Source of the DNA: Veleropilina oligotropha | Taxonomy: Eukaryota | Reading direction: 5' to 3' | NCBI GenBank assembly: GCA_048128005.1 | Contig: JBEUKZ010000038.1 | Coordinates: 124,001 to 188,000 of the forward strand | Length of the DNA stretch: 64,000 nucleotides | Shown: piece after piece, positions 1 to 12,773 of the stretch | How the letters are laid out: every line of letters begins with the position of its first letter | How positions within the stretch are numbered: position 1 is the first letter of the stretch | The notes under the pieces: generated by a model | Databases searched by the model: none | Told to the model about the DNA's origin: nothing | What the model saw: the letters and a program-made list of their open reading frames with translations, nothing else | Position numbers and translations under genes: made by a program

Positions 1-430
1 CTCAAAATAAGGATTTACCTTGTGTGACGTTTCTTTTGTTCTCTTTTCCCTTCTGTAATTAGCATCTTTTTCTCGTATCCTTCTTCGTTTCTGTGAATTT
101 AAATTAAATCGTTGCCTTCTTTTAGCCACTTTCCATGACTCCCTCTTCGTCTTATTTAGTTCAGCTGTGGATCTGGTAGTACTGGGACTCGCCATTGGTT
201 CCTTGTTTTCCATTGAAGCTCTTTCTCGTCTTCTTTCTCTGTACTTTTGCATCCTTCTCTTCGACTTTTCATTGTATTCTATCTTTTTTTCCTCAGACAA
301 TCTTTCTCTGAACAATCTCTGCCTATCGGCCTCGTTCAACATGTGCAATTTCCATGCATCAGGATTTGATTCTTTAAGTTTTTTGCGATATTTCCGCATT
401 GCACATGAATTTGAGTTTCGTGTCAGGAAG
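1..430 (-). pseudogene. possible decayed transposon ORF fragment (Lys/Arg/Glu-rich)
   Basis: Minus-strand frame reads LNEADRQRLFRERLSEEKKDRIQ*KVEERRMQKYRERRRE...KRRRIREKD; family not identifiable. Confidence 0.25.
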
Positions 431-1482
431 GTGCTGTAATCAAGTTCCTCACATGCAGAACTATGTGGGCATGCAGAACTATGTGGTGGTCCCCTCTCCA
501 TAGATCTTAACTTGACTTTCAGGCTCATGATTCGAGTTCTGTGAAAGAATAAAATATTTCCCAAACAAAATGTTTCATTTTAGCATGTAGGCTAATAAAC
601 ATTTTATGTTTTACGAATTGGTGGGAAATTTATCGGTCGTGGTTCCATTTTTCTGCCATTGGAAAATATTAGTCAATATAGCTTCATAGTAATATAAATA
701 CTACTAATCATCATGGGGTCATGAAATAGGCTACATGTCCCAAAATTTTGTCGATATCGCATCAGCTAACATCGTTAGGCTAATGACTACTGACGAAGCC
801 AAAGTGACATCGCCTAAAATTTGGGAAATGTCAGGGGTGGGATTTTTGCTGTGCTTATTTCGCTGAAATTTAATGATCTGCGGAACCGAGGGCAGACTGG
901 AGACCACGGAAGTGGCTAATAATAAGAGTGGTGGTATAAGATTTGTTGGCAACATTGTTTACCACCACTTTTAGCAATTTTTCAGCTGTATCATAGTCTA
1001 GACACCCGGTTTGAGGTCTCGCTCCGATCTGACGGACACAATATTTAGGGATATGCCTTCTATTAGTTTTGAATTAGCCATGCCAGAGCAGGGGTTTGAA
1101 CCCACATCCTACCGTCCCACTTAACGTTTTTCCGACGCTTTAACGGTTGAACCAGTTGGTGGTATAGCCTCTCCAGAAAATTTTAAATGCTCGAGTAAGC
1201 ATTTGATGCATTTTCAGAGTATTTATTTCTCCCTCAAATTTATTTTGTCAAATTTCTCACCGGACATGAATGATTAAGTGCACTACACGTCTGTTGATAA
1301 TATAAAATCGACTGAACTCACTGAAAAATCTCATCCATGCGTCACTGATTTGCATGCCACTGTCAGAAGTATTTTTCATTAATTTGTTATATATATGTCG
1401 TTACCGGAGTTGGTCAACAAGACTGACAGCTGTACAGGTCACAGTCTGAGTGGATAAGATATTATAACCTCCATTACATTAA

Positions 1483-1938
1483 AGAGACTATTGCCCGTAA
1501 ATGCGCTCTTTCGCACGAGTTGTCTGTGGCACGAATTGTCCTTGCACCATATAACGCCCGGTTCGTGCAGATTGATACAAATTTCGCGAAGATATGATCG
1601 ATATATGATCAAATGATAGACATTTATTGAAATTGTTATTGTAAATGAGCAATATATGTTATTGTCAAGTAGAAAGCTATCTTACTTGACGAGCAGAAAC
1701 CAACGCAACTGTGCTCCAATTTGGTCAATTGGAAAATATCTCTGTGCGAGGTATTTAAACGCGGACCGCGTTTTATTATTTTTAAATATTCAACAGCGAT
1801 TAGTTTAAACGGTAGAAAATTACTGACGAATGTTGAGTGTTGAAAATTCCTAACTTTTTACGTTATAAACAAAAAGTGTAATGCCGTTTTAGTTTTCTTT
1901 TAACAAAAGAAAGAGCGCATTTACGGGCAATAGTCTCT
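1483..1938. mobile_element. MITE with TTAA TSD (Kolobok-like termini)
   Basis: 30-bp perfect TIR AGAGACTATTGCCCGTAAATGCGCTCTTTC flanked by TTAA on both sides. Confidence 0.88.
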
Positions 1939-3979
1939 TTAAACTTCTGGTTATATAGTCAATCATAACTGCAAAATTGTTAGTCTCTTCAAACAAGAGC
2001 TACATATTTGTGTTTACCATTCTGCGACGGAGTATTAAACTTGAATAGAATAAACCTAACTGTGGATATGTTATAACTTAATATAAGAAACAGAACATTA
2101 AATTGGTTTCTCAGTAAGATAAATTATTATAATAAAATAAACATATAATAAAGAGAAACATAATATTTTTATTTTATTTGTCATAAGCAAAAATAATAAC
2201 TTACTAGGTGGAAGATATAAATAATAAAATTGCAAATCCATGTAAAGTAAAAAACACAGAGAAACGACACATACATGTATATAGGAGACAAATATTACAT
2301 AAAATAACATTATATAGCAACCAAAACATAAAACAATTATGAAACAATATTAAATAAGTCTAGTTGTACAAACAAAACATCGTAAAATAAATATTACAAA
2401 GCATACAAAAATAATTTTTAAAATTTCAAATTATTATTAATTTAATTACAAATCAGATTCAATAACTGTGACCATAATGTTCACCAATAAATTATCGTAC
2501 GAACGGGGACAGACACTTCATGTCGATTCTTGTATCATACAATGACACCTCTAATCGGCGTTAACGCAATATATCGTATGATTTTGGCATAAACAAAACG
2601 AATTCAGTAAACAAACTAAACTATGTTGAAATTTCATTTATTAGTACTCCGTATTTAAATCTAGATTTCGTTCGTAATAAAGACCGATTAACGTACAAAA
2701 TAAGACAGACACCATGTATCGGTCTAAGTTACAAACGTTATTTCGTTTGTCGGTCGTTCGGCGGCTTAAATCGCAATACTTCCGTTATTAAATTTTCAGA
2801 GAAATTCCGACTTTCCAATGAAAATAAATACAAAACATACGCTAATTAAATATCCTTATAATATTTTCCTGCTTTATGAAATAACCTAAACATTTAAAGA
2901 ACTTTATAACGTTCGTAACTCTATATACTTACGCAACATTGGAGACAGACGAAGGTAAACAGATCCGACGAATGTCGTCTGCAGCGATAGCGTCTATGAC
3001 GACCTTGCTTTTAACTGCGCATGCCTCGATCTTTAAATAGTACAAGGCTTCCCTGTCCTAGCCTCGTTTTCGATTTCAAAGCACCGCTGATATCGCTGTT
3101 ACGTACGTAGAGATTAGAGGACCAATTTCGAGATATAGGTATATATGTAGCTGGTTTAATAAATTAAAAGAATTAATGTGCCTAATATGAAAGTTACTAT
3201 TTATCATGACGATGTATTTCGTAAAATAACATACAGATTTTACCAGTAACATCTTTCTTCTATCAATTAGATGGGGAAATCAAGTTGATAATACCAGGAC
3301 AGACCAGTGTTACCTACGTATATCCAACTCATTCATACCATGAACCTTAATCAATACACAAAATAGAAAACAAAACACATACATATGATATTTTAGAATA
3401 TTTTATTCAATATTAACTCAGAATACATTAATATGTATTGCTATTTATTATGTTTCATCTCTTCGAAATGAACACTGTATACAATGTCACAAAAACACAC
3501 AAATATAAGTGTAGTCCATAAACAATATTGCAAAATAAAAACGTAACCAATGTTACAAGGACTGAAACTTTAATTACAGTATATCTTGACACAATCATAT
3601 TTCTATAAGTACTGTTTATTTAGTAAAAAAATGATAAAAAATATTATTATTTCAAACACATAATGCAGTCATTGAAAATAGCTAATCAGTGTGGATATGC
3701 TCAGGTGGCATACTGGCCATATTCGATGGCCGTGATATGTATTTAATTATAAAGAACATCTAAACATTTTTTTTGATGACAAAATTTTCAGAAAGTTTAT
3801 TTGAATATTAGGTAACACATTTTTTTGTCCCGCTGCCGTATTTGACTTTTAAGGTATCTATGCTATTTTAAGTTTAATCTTATTCAGAATACAATATGGT
3901 GCTACAATACACATAGGAAGGAATAATATGATTCATATCAAATGGTCCTTTCATGAATCATATAATGCTTTTTTCACAG

Positions 3980-4102
3980 AGATCGACCCGTGTCGTCATA
4001 GGAATGGTGGCTGTGAGCAGAAGTGTATCAGTGTCAATGGTCGAGCGGTGTGTCAGTGCTACGCTGGATTCAGGGTGTCCTATGACCAGAGGACCTGCGC
4101 AG
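3980..4102 (+). CDS. MEGF6: MEGF6-like exon, EGF domain (EIDPCRHRNGGCEQKC...RTCA)
   Basis: cag|AG ... G|gtaaca; 123 bp, phase 1-1, six-Cys EGF. Confidence 0.9.
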
Positions 4103-4166
4103 GTAACATCAACATTGGGCATCAATAGGTGGAGATTTAGTTCACTACTGTATGACGTCAATAGGG

Positions 4167-4424
4167 GAGGAGGAATTATGCTTAATGTCCTGTATATTTA
4201 TAACATCGAGGTTCAAGGCAGGACATGCCGTGTTATCGCGGGAGGAAACCCCGGTCGCCGGGTAAACCCGCCCTCTTTGGCCAGTCACGGACAACTGTGC
4301 TTCATAACTTGAACAAATGTGTGCTGCCTCAGCCGGGGGTCGATCCCACTACTGTTCGCGTCAGCGGAAACAAGCCGGTGAATTTAGAGTGGACACTCTA
4401 CCCACTGCGCTACCGAAGCGGCCA
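4167..4424 (-). mobile_element. tRNA-derived SINE (young copy)
   Basis: Near-identical to 50862-51117; 12-bp TSD acgtcaataggg; A/B-box-like head, (TCC)n tail. Confidence 0.88.
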
Positions 4425-4891
4425 ACGTCAATAGGGAGAGCGTGTGGTATGTTATAGAATACCATATGCAATGTTTTCAACAGAGTATGAGGGGACAAAG
4501 GTAGTCTTTAAGTTGCATAATCTTCATGATATTATATTACAAGGTATGGTCGAAAGCTGTGGTAACCAATTTACCAAATTCTCCACATACTAATTAATGG
4601 CCCTGGCTGTTTATCGGGACAAGAGACAATAAATTCATATTCTTTGCACAGATAAAGTGTTTGTATGTCAATCGATATGCCATATTATATTTGAAATGTA
4701 CACAGATAAAGGAAATTGTATTGTTCAAAACAAATCTATTAGAAGGCTAAGCCTTAGTGAACAATTATGTGTCATGAAACATCATGTTTCGGAACTGTTT
4801 TGGTGAAATTATAATGCCACATCATCATCAATCTTGTTTTCAAATTTTAAGAAATCTGTTGACCAATGATTCTGATTTTATCATCGCCCAG

Positions 4892-5014
4892 ACATTGACG
4901 AGTGCCAAGTAAATAACGGTGGATGTTCTCAAGCGTGCATCAACACGAAGGGATCGTTCACGTGCACTTGTACGCCTGGGCATCAACTCGGAATTGACGG
5001 ACAATCGTGCTACC
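4892..5014 (+). CDS. MEGF6: MEGF6-like exon, calcium-binding EGF ([16 protein letters not shown]...GQSCY)
   Basis: cag|AC ... C|gtaagt; 123 bp, phase 1-1. Confidence 0.92.
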
Positions 5015-5311
5015 GTAAGTTCACAACTCATTTTCAATTTTTGAAAAAGGCTTCCTAGAGCTCTATCACACTCAGTTTTGCATTTGAACAATTTGTTTTG
5101 AGATGTTTGCTGTTGTCTTTAATTAGTGTGATGTTTGGTACTTGGAATAATTATTATGCATGCTATTGATGTGAAGTGTGCTAATTCTAATCTTCTGTCA
5201 GCTCTGTTGTATGCCAGGCATAACTAAAGGGATGTAACTCTGTGGAGAAATTGATTAAAGGTTAATATATGAAATTGATTAAAAGGTGCAATGTCAAGTC
5301 TGATATGATAT

Positions 5312-5750
5312 TATTATGCCCCCACAAAGGAAGATTTTATGGAGGGGCATATAGGAGTTAGCTTATTTGTCAGTCAATCTGTCTGTCTGTCTGTTGGAAA
5401 TTTTCTTCCGCTCCATATTTCTGATGCTATTTGACCTAGGAAATCTTGGTGTGTGGATGCGTCATAATCCAAAGTTTTGTCGCATACCAAAAGTATGTCA
5501 GTGCGATCTAGTTTTCACGCTTGATGACATTTGGTTCAAAATTCCCTTCCGCTCCATATCTTCCGTACTATTTGACCTAGGGGCACGAAACTTCATGTGT
5601 ATATGCATCATAACCCATAGGTGTGTCGCATACCGACAGTAGGTCACCACCTACCTTTCACGCTTGACCGCATTTGGTTCAAAATTCCCTTCCGTTCTAT
5701 ATCTTCCGTACTGTTTGACCTAGGGACACGAAACTTGATGTGGGAATGCC
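5312..5750 (+). mobile_element. HINE/pearl-like non-autonomous Helentron-type element, 3' truncated
   Basis: T-rich start, tatgcccc..ggggcata hairpin, (GTCT)n, repeated core. Confidence 0.6.
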
Positions 5751-5756
5751 ATTAAG

Positions 5757-6431
5757 AAACAAGAACGACGTGTTCGGAATATGTCTTGACCTTTCTTTAT
5801 TTCTGTCAAATTTTCATAACAGTTACAACGTTACAATGGCCAAGTGCAAGTACTTCATGGCTTAATTTACTACCCCGTCGATTGTGACGTTACCAAATGA
5901 CGATTAATCTAAAGCGACGTCGTAATTACGTCATTGCTATTTGCTTGCAATATTAGACATACGTTATATACAAATATGCATAAAAGTGCCTAATAAATGC
6001 ATTTTTTTGCAAAATTGTGTCGCAAAAGTTATTTACACGACCTACAAATACTCTTGGGAATGTGTGTACCAATTTTGGTGAAAATTGAGCCGGTAGTTTT
6101 CAAATAAATCGACGGATATACTTGTCGCGAAGCTACCGTAAACCTCCGATCATCTTCGGTGGTTTATGTTCGGAAAAATTTGTATCCGATGCAAGCTTAA
6201 ATGTTTGCAAAATGGCGAAAATGTTGAGATTTCGATAGATTTTTGCAGTAGCCGAAATACACACAAAAATGTCAAACAAATGGAAGCGACATTTCCTTTC
6301 GCAATTAGGGAAACACATTTTGAAGTAGAACTGAAACCTTTTCGCATATTGTGCTAAAGAACTTTATTTTCCTTTTGCAAATAACAGCATGGAATCACAA
6401 ATTGCGACCGTGCGAGTGGCTAGCGTGAACG

Positions 6432-6473
<42 letters not shown>

Positions 6474-6531
6474 CACACGGACCATTTGATAATGTCTTGT
6501 CCTTTTTTATAAAAAGGTCAAGACATAAAAA
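5757..6531 (-). mobile_element. HINE-like element with (TA)n
   Basis: Subterminal inverted repeat tgtcttgacc/ggtcaagaca, microsatellite 6436-6472; same 5' end recurs at 54963. Confidence 0.6.
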
Positions 6532-6669
6532 GAACTAAAGCAAGCTAGTATACATATAACTTTAGTTAGATATTTATTCCTGTTCTATATTTATTGTTTT
6601 ATTTGCCTTTCCTGTGTGCATTTTATCTTTCATAATATTTAGTAACTAACACCATTTCTCTGTTTGCAG

Positions 6670-6696
6670 CAGTAACATCCACATTTCTCTCTCAAG
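6670..6696 (+). CDS. MEGF6: candidate 27-nt microexon (PVTSTFLSQ); NAGNAG 24-nt variant possible
   Basis: actaac branch-like motif, ccatttctctgtttgcag acceptor, AAG|gtaaag donor, open in phase 1. Confidence 0.55.
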
Positions 6697-7197
6697 GTAA
6701 AGTCTGGTCTCCATAACCACATCCAGAACAAACCTGCCACCCACTCCCACTTTTGTGTTTTAATTTCCATCTCCACTAAATAATTCCCAACTTTCCAAAT
6801 GACTTTCAGGTTTCAGAAAGGAAATGCATAGATTTGCTTTGATGTATTTTATGGCATCATGAAAAATTATATTACATGTAAATCAATTTTCTTCTCACAC
6901 CTGAAAGTTTAGTATTAAATTGTTGATAAAATGTAACTTTTAATTTCTAATCTTGTTGATTACATTGCATATTTATGTATTGTATATTTATGTAAACCTT
7001 TCATATAATTATATTTTAGATACCTGTATTTTGTACATAGAAAATGTGAGATATATTTCATATAATCGAACATATGAAGTCGATTTAGGTATTGTTTGCA
7101 AAATGTAATGTCAATTATGGTCTATTTCAATTTTAAACACAAATAAAAGTATGCATAAATTAATATTTATACCACTTAATTTGTCATGCCATCTCAG

Positions 7198-7224
7198 GAA
7201 AATCAGTAAAACCAAAAATCAAAG
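7198..7224 (+). CDS. MEGF6: candidate 27-nt microexon (GKSVKPKIK)
   Basis: cttaatttgtcatgccatctcag acceptor, AAG|gtaaat donor, open in phase 1; similar to 8084-8110. Confidence 0.6.
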
Positions 7225-7582
7225 GTAAATTGTATTGTCCAGTACTTGTGTTGTGATCATGTAATTAAATTAGTTTTGTGATATTATATAGTCTTGAAAA
7301 CATTAAACAATTTTTGCTTTCGACTCAAACTGGAGTTGAACCCATGTCAGTTATATGCATGCTTACCTTCTTAAATCCAGTTAAAATTGGAATGTAGGCA
7401 TGAGATGTTATTATATAAATATTTATATATCAACAAAATGTGTCGATGTTGAAGTATTGATATAAACTCTACATGTACAGTATTGTGTTTTAAGAATTTG
7501 TTATTTTGTGCTCTCCTACAATTAATATATTTTTGCATTTTATTATACAATTATTTCCAATTAATTTACAATGCAATCACAG

Positions 7583-7597
7583 GAAATAAAACTAAAG
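7583..7597 (+). CDS. MEGF6: candidate 15-nt microexon (GNKTK)
   Basis: ttaatttacaatgcaatcacag acceptor, AAG|gtaaaa donor, open in phase 1. Confidence 0.5.
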
Positions 7598-7829
7598 GTA
7601 AAAAAATTAACTTTAACTGCATTTTTTGATATTTTTGGTACACCTATTAGGCAGTGCTGGCTATACTTGAACTTGGGTCTGTCTTCGTCATTCATATGAA
7701 CTTTCTTTAAAAAAATATCTGATACAACTTTGGAAGATTGTGGAAGTGGAAGATTTTAGTCACAAGCATAAAGTGGCCCTATATATATGAGGATCATAAC
7801 TAAAGTTTATATAACGTTTTCAAGTGTTT

Positions 7830-8010
7830 TCCATATTACCATGGGAGGAAATCCCGGACGCATGGGGAAACCCACCCTCTCCGACCTATTACGGACAACT
7901 GTGATTCATAACTGAACAGAGAATGTTAATGCCCCAGCCGAGATTCGAACCCACTCCTGTTAGTTAGCACAATCGAGCCAGTATATACATGTGCGCTTTT
8001 CCATTCGTAA
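7830..8010 (-). mobile_element. older SINE copy (similar relics near 930-1150, 10600-10850, 11990-12120, 14690-14830, 49170-49310)
   Basis: Degenerate match to the SINE (gggaggaaa.ccc...ggacaactgtg..tcataact..gattcgaacc). Confidence 0.6.
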
Positions 8011-8083
8011 CACAAAGGCAATTATATATATCATCATGTCAACTCAATATGTGTAATATTTTTATTTCAAAACGCTATCACAG

Positions 8084-8110
8084 GAAAAATGTCAAAACCT
8101 AAGATCACAG
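8084..8110 (+). CDS. MEGF6: candidate 27-nt microexon (GKMSKPKIT)
   Basis: cgctatcacag acceptor, CAG|gtaatg donor, open in phase 1; similar to 7198-7224. Confidence 0.6.
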
Positions 8111-9396
8111 GTAATGTTCTGGTTGTATTGGTGGGCTATTTAAAGAAATCTGCTTACATACTACCTTACTTATCAATGCAAAGTTAGGTTTGCAACCTCT
8201 CCCCCACCAGTACCAATATTATATCAAAGATCTTGTCTCGGCTATGCACGTTCATTTGTAAATAACTTCATCATACACACCATGGGGTTGGTTACACAAG
8301 GCATCCTAATGTTAATTACTTCATTGTTGCCAACCCTCGGCATTATAAACATAACAGCTTCACTCTCGCTCGACCTGTTATGTGTATATAATGCTCGAGT
8401 CGCAGTGTATTATCTATTACTCTTACTAGTCCTAGCATGCTGGTTGCTATGCGATTATTATCAAATGATTTTTCGATCTTGATAAAGAATTAATTCATCA
8501 CACCTAAAACGTAAATTTATGATTGAGGTTGCTATATTGACTAAGCTAAGCTTATATAGTCCTTTGTTTGAAAATGAATTAGCTTATCTAGATATTGTTG
8601 TCATCAAATTAAAAAGGTCCTATATATGGCCAATGATAACAAACCAGCAGTGGAGGACAGCTACAAAAGCACCGCCATAGTAATTACAAGTTGACATGGA
8701 ATGTGACTCTTTTATTATAAAGAAAGTTAACCTTTGTCCATTTGAGTGATCGTTTCAAAGAACACACCATGCAGGTATTGAAATCGAGATCCATTTTGCA
8801 ATTTAAAAGACAGATTGTTAGGTCTAGACACTGTATATATGCAGAGATTAGACTGTTTGTAGTTGTAAGTTAATATGTTCTATACAAAGGTAATGTTGAG
8901 CTAGTTGATTGTGAAGCGTGTATGATTTCTATAGCTGATCTAGATATTCAAGTGACAGTATATATATATATATATATATAAGGGAAATATTCGGTTATTA
9001 TTGTTATCTCTGTACGACTTTCACTGAGTAATTAGATACTAGGATCTGAATTGCAATGTTTCCAATTACAATTTAATGAAGACAAAAGTTTGATCTAGCT
9101 GTTCGTATTTACGAATTTGAATAAATAATGTTTTATTTCCTCAAACCGTAATATTATTAAGATGAATGGTATGAATTTATAATCGCACTAGATGAATATC
9201 ATATGCAATATTTGTCTAAATGAACCAGTCACAACACAAAGAAGACATAATTTATACAGGTTATCCATTCATCAGTTGATTTATGTGTTTGCAAGCTTAT
9301 ATATAGTTAATTTAAATAATTTGTGATGTTAATCCGACTGTATTTTTTACCATTTCTCTTGTGGATTTTATAGTATTATTTGTATTTTCATATCAG

Positions 9397-9534
9397 GTAT
9401 TGAGATGGAGGTTGTGGATACATGTGCAATGAACAATGGCGACTGCGCCCATCAGTGCCAGCACAGTGCAGGCGGAGCCGTGTGCTCCTGTAGCAAGGGC
9501 TATCACATACAGGCGGATGGGAAGTCATGCGAAG
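9397..9534 (+). CDS. MEGF6: MEGF6-like exon, EGF domain (RIEMEVVDTCAMNNGDCAHQC...GKSCE)
   Basis: tatcag|GT ... G|gtaagg; 138 bp, phase 1-1. Confidence 0.92.
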
Positions 9535-10135
9535 GTAAGGACCAACACAGACATGCAGCAGGGGCTATCACCTGCAGGTGGATGGGAAATCATACGAAGG
9601 TAGTAACACAACACAGACATGCAGACAACTAGGGCTATCACCTGTAGACGGATGGAAAGGCATTCAAAGGTAGGGACAGACACAGACATGCAACAAGGGA
9701 TTTTACCTGCAGGCAGACGGGAAGTCGTGCGTAGGTAGGAGCCCAATGCAGACAACGGGTGATATCACCTGCACGCGGACGGGATATCATGTAAAGGTAT
9801 GAGCCAAATGCAAACAGGCAGCAAGGGATATCACCTGCAGACGAATGAGAAGTCGTGTGAAGGTAGGGACTCGATGCAGACATGGAGACAACTGGTGTTA
9901 TCACCCAAACAGGAACCATGCGAAGGCATGGAGACAGCACAGACATGCAGCAAAGGCCATCACATGCAGGCAGACGGAAAGTTATGCGGAGGTAGGAGGC
10001 AATACAGACACATACCTGCTGCAGGGGATATCACCTGCCGGCGGAAATAGGAACCCATAGTGATACAGACATAGACATGCAGACAACTGGTGATTTCACC
10101 TACAATCGGACAGAAAGTTGTGCCAAAGTATGGAC
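9490..10135 (+). repeat. ~10 degenerate ~65-bp tandem units derived from exon 3' end plus donor site
   Basis: Unit agcaagggctatcacatacaggcggatgggaagtcatgcgaag|gtaaggaccaacacagacatgc. Confidence 0.85.
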
Positions 10136-10335
10136 ACTATATAGAGTTATATAGGCAAAACCAGGCAGCGATGTAAATATAAATAATAGGAGTATAAGTA
10201 CATGTTAGTCAATACAGTCTGCATATATAATAATTAGCATGCAATATATTTGTTAACAGTGCACAACTACGCTTTATCAACACAAAAATGTACTCTCATT
10301 TTATAATTTCCTCACCGTTCCTTTCCGTGTTTCAG

Positions 10336-10458
10336 ATGCGGACGAGTGTGAGTTAGGAGACAGCTGCTGCAACCATAACTGCATAAACAACCCTGGCGGA
10401 TACACCTGCGCATGCAGAAGAGGGTTCCTCCTCAACCGGGACGGATGCGGCTGTGATG
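10336..10458 (+). CDS. MEGF6: MEGF6-like exon, EGF (DADECELGDSCCNHNCINNPGGYTC...DGCGCD)
   Basis: ttcag|AT ... G|gtaaac; 123 bp, phase 1-1. Confidence 0.92.
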
Positions 10459-10855
10459 GTAAACGACGGCATACTTATCTCCCATGTACATTGTCCTGGC
10501 TAGTTTTAACAGTGTATTGTGTATGGAATTAATTCAACTGTAAAGTTTGTGATCGGGGATGAATCGTTGTCATCTGAATGATTGGTTTGGATCAATGCTT
10601 ATTGTCCTGTTTTTAACAACCTTCAGGTTCATACCACGACATGACCATATTATCACAGGCGAAACGCCAGCTGGTTGTCCGTGAAAACCCACCCGCCGCG
10701 ACCAGTTTTGAATATTATATCATATAATATGTGACTGCTAAGTGAACAGAGTGCCCAACTGAGGATTTGAACCCACTCCTGTCAGACAGAGCTACCAAGC
10801 GAGTAAATTCATTGCCCACACTCGTATCCACTCAACAACCGATGTGGCTTCAAGT

Positions 10856-11612
10856 TTATTGTATCCCCCGAAACGAAAGTGTCGGGGATACTATGGTTTA
10901 GTGTCCGTTACGACGCATCCGCAGAGCGATTCCTCGTGATCGCTCTAGACAGGCCATTTCTTAACGGAATGTTTTCAAATTTGGGATGTGCATTGGTTGG
11001 GGCGAGGACACGACACCTATAGAATTTGGGTGTGGTTCGACCTCCAAGATGGCCGCTGTGGCCTCCATCTTGGATTTTAAAGTATAATTCCTTGTGATCG
11101 CTCTAGACAGGACATTTCTTAATGGAATCTTTTCAAATTTGGTATGTGCAGCAATGGTTGGGGCGAGGACACGACACCTATAGATTTTGGGTCTGGTCCA
11201 ACTTCCAAGATGGCCACTGTGGCATCCATCTTGGATTTTAAAGCATAATTCCTTGTGATCGCTCTAGACCGGTCATTTCTTAATAGAATCTTTTCAAATT
11301 TGGTATGTGCAATGGTTGGGGCGAAGACACAACCCCTATATATTTTAGGTGTGGTCTGACCTCCAAGATGGCCACCATGGCAACCATAATTGCTTGTATT
11401 CGCTCTAGACAGGTCATTTCTTAACGGAATGTTTTCGAAATTGGTATGTGCATTGGTTTGGATGAGGACACTATACGTAGATATTTTGGGTGTGGTCCGA
11501 CCTCCAAGATGGCCGCTGTGGCCTCCATCTTGAATTTTAAAGCATAATTCCCTCTAGACAGGTCATTACCGGGGGATACATATGCGGTCACTCGTGACTG
11601 AGCGTTCTAGTT
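10856..11612 (+). mobile_element. HINE-like element, ~160-bp core x4
   Basis: tgtatcccc 5' hairpin/subTIR, ggggataca 3' subTIR, terminal hairpin, CTAG-TT end. Confidence 0.8.
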
Positions 11613-11855
11613 TTGTGATGTATTTTGTTTAAGATGAGAAACTATTGAAATCCATGAATAACTCAACTGTAAATTAAGTTTGTGAATGTTGATCAGGTTT
11701 TTGTCGAAAGGAAACTTCCAAATTACATTGATATGTTTGAGACATGTTCTACTGTCTTTTGTTTTACTGTCTTTTGTCGAGAATATGATAAATAAAACAT
11801 TGGAAGATGTGTTTAATAGCCTTGATTATGATGAAATCCCATTGTCTGTTTGCAG

Positions 11856-11978
11856 ATATCAACGAGTGTCTGGGAGATAACGGGAAGTGTGAGCAGCTCT
11901 GTGTGAACTCTGAGGGCTCGTACAGCTGTGCGTGCAATCCAGGCCACCAGCTGGCTGCCGACCACAAGCAATGCACCC
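11856..11978 (+). CDS. MEGF6: MEGF6-like exon, calcium-binding EGF ([16 protein letters not shown]...KQCT)
   Basis: tgcag|AT ... C|gtaagt; 123 bp, phase 1-1. Confidence 0.92.
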
Positions 11979-12677
11979 GTAAGTTTTGGGTTGGTTATGA
12001 TCGATGGATAATGTCCAATTTTTAACAACCTTCAGGGCCATACCAGGACATGTCCGTATTATCGGGAGAGAAAATAATGGTCGGACGTGATACCCCGCTC
12101 TCACTGGCTAGTTAACTCTTTGGCCTCGGGTGGCAGCCAATGCTGCCCAAGTCTCATGGAGTTACAGAATACACAGCAGGCAAAGAGTTAAGGACAACTG
12201 TAGCAAAAATTTACCCCACCGAGAAGTATATCGGAGACGCCTGCAGTTAAACCACTAGGCGCGCAACCTCTGAGTTGTTTGACTGCACAGGCTTCGTCGA
12301 TTAGACAACAAAATTCATTCATTACTTCCAGAGTGTTCATAATTTGAACAGGTATTAAAATAAAAAAATTGTAATTGTCATTGTTTTAATGTTTAAATGT
12401 TTAGTTAATTTGGTGAACCAGCAGTCATTAAAAGCAATCTTTAGTATTTCATAATGTGATTAAGATATTTAAATTCAATGAAAGTTGTTTGATTGAGATC
12501 ATGTCTTTATATAGTTATGCGGCTTTCAAAATAATATAACATAGCTATTTGCACATAGCAGGGTAATTAATCAACTTACTTAACGAAATGTTAGAAATAA
12601 AGATCCAAATGCTAATTTAATCAAATGCAATGGCTAATTATTTACGTTTTGTTATATATTGTACATGCCTCTAATAG

Positions 12678-12686
12678 GAAGTATTG
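12678..12686 (+). CDS. MEGF6: candidate 9-nt microexon (RSI)
   Basis: catgcctctaatag|GAAGTATTG|gtaagt; consensus donor, phase 1-1, 87-nt downstream intron. Confidence 0.5.
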
Positions 12687-12773
12687 GTAAGTATTATTAT
12701 AGTTAGCTCCCTTCACACTCTTCGGCAATGGAGAGTAGACAAGTGTAATGTGTGTTGTATTCGTAACTTCCAG

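Noticed and set aside
5202..7400. Short stop-containing segments after AGs (near 5218, 6810, 7381) as alternative terminal exons
   Set aside because: No frame-preserving donor and no clear polyA evidence; expected by chance.
8775..8810. gcag|GTATTGAAATCGAG resembling the start of exon 9397
   Set aside because: Similarity is only ~14 nt and runs into a stop.
8863..8889. Fifth 27-nt microexon (ttgtag|...AAG|gtaatg)
   Set aside because: In-frame TAA in phase 1 and weak pyrimidine tract; could be a decayed or poison exon but unsupported.
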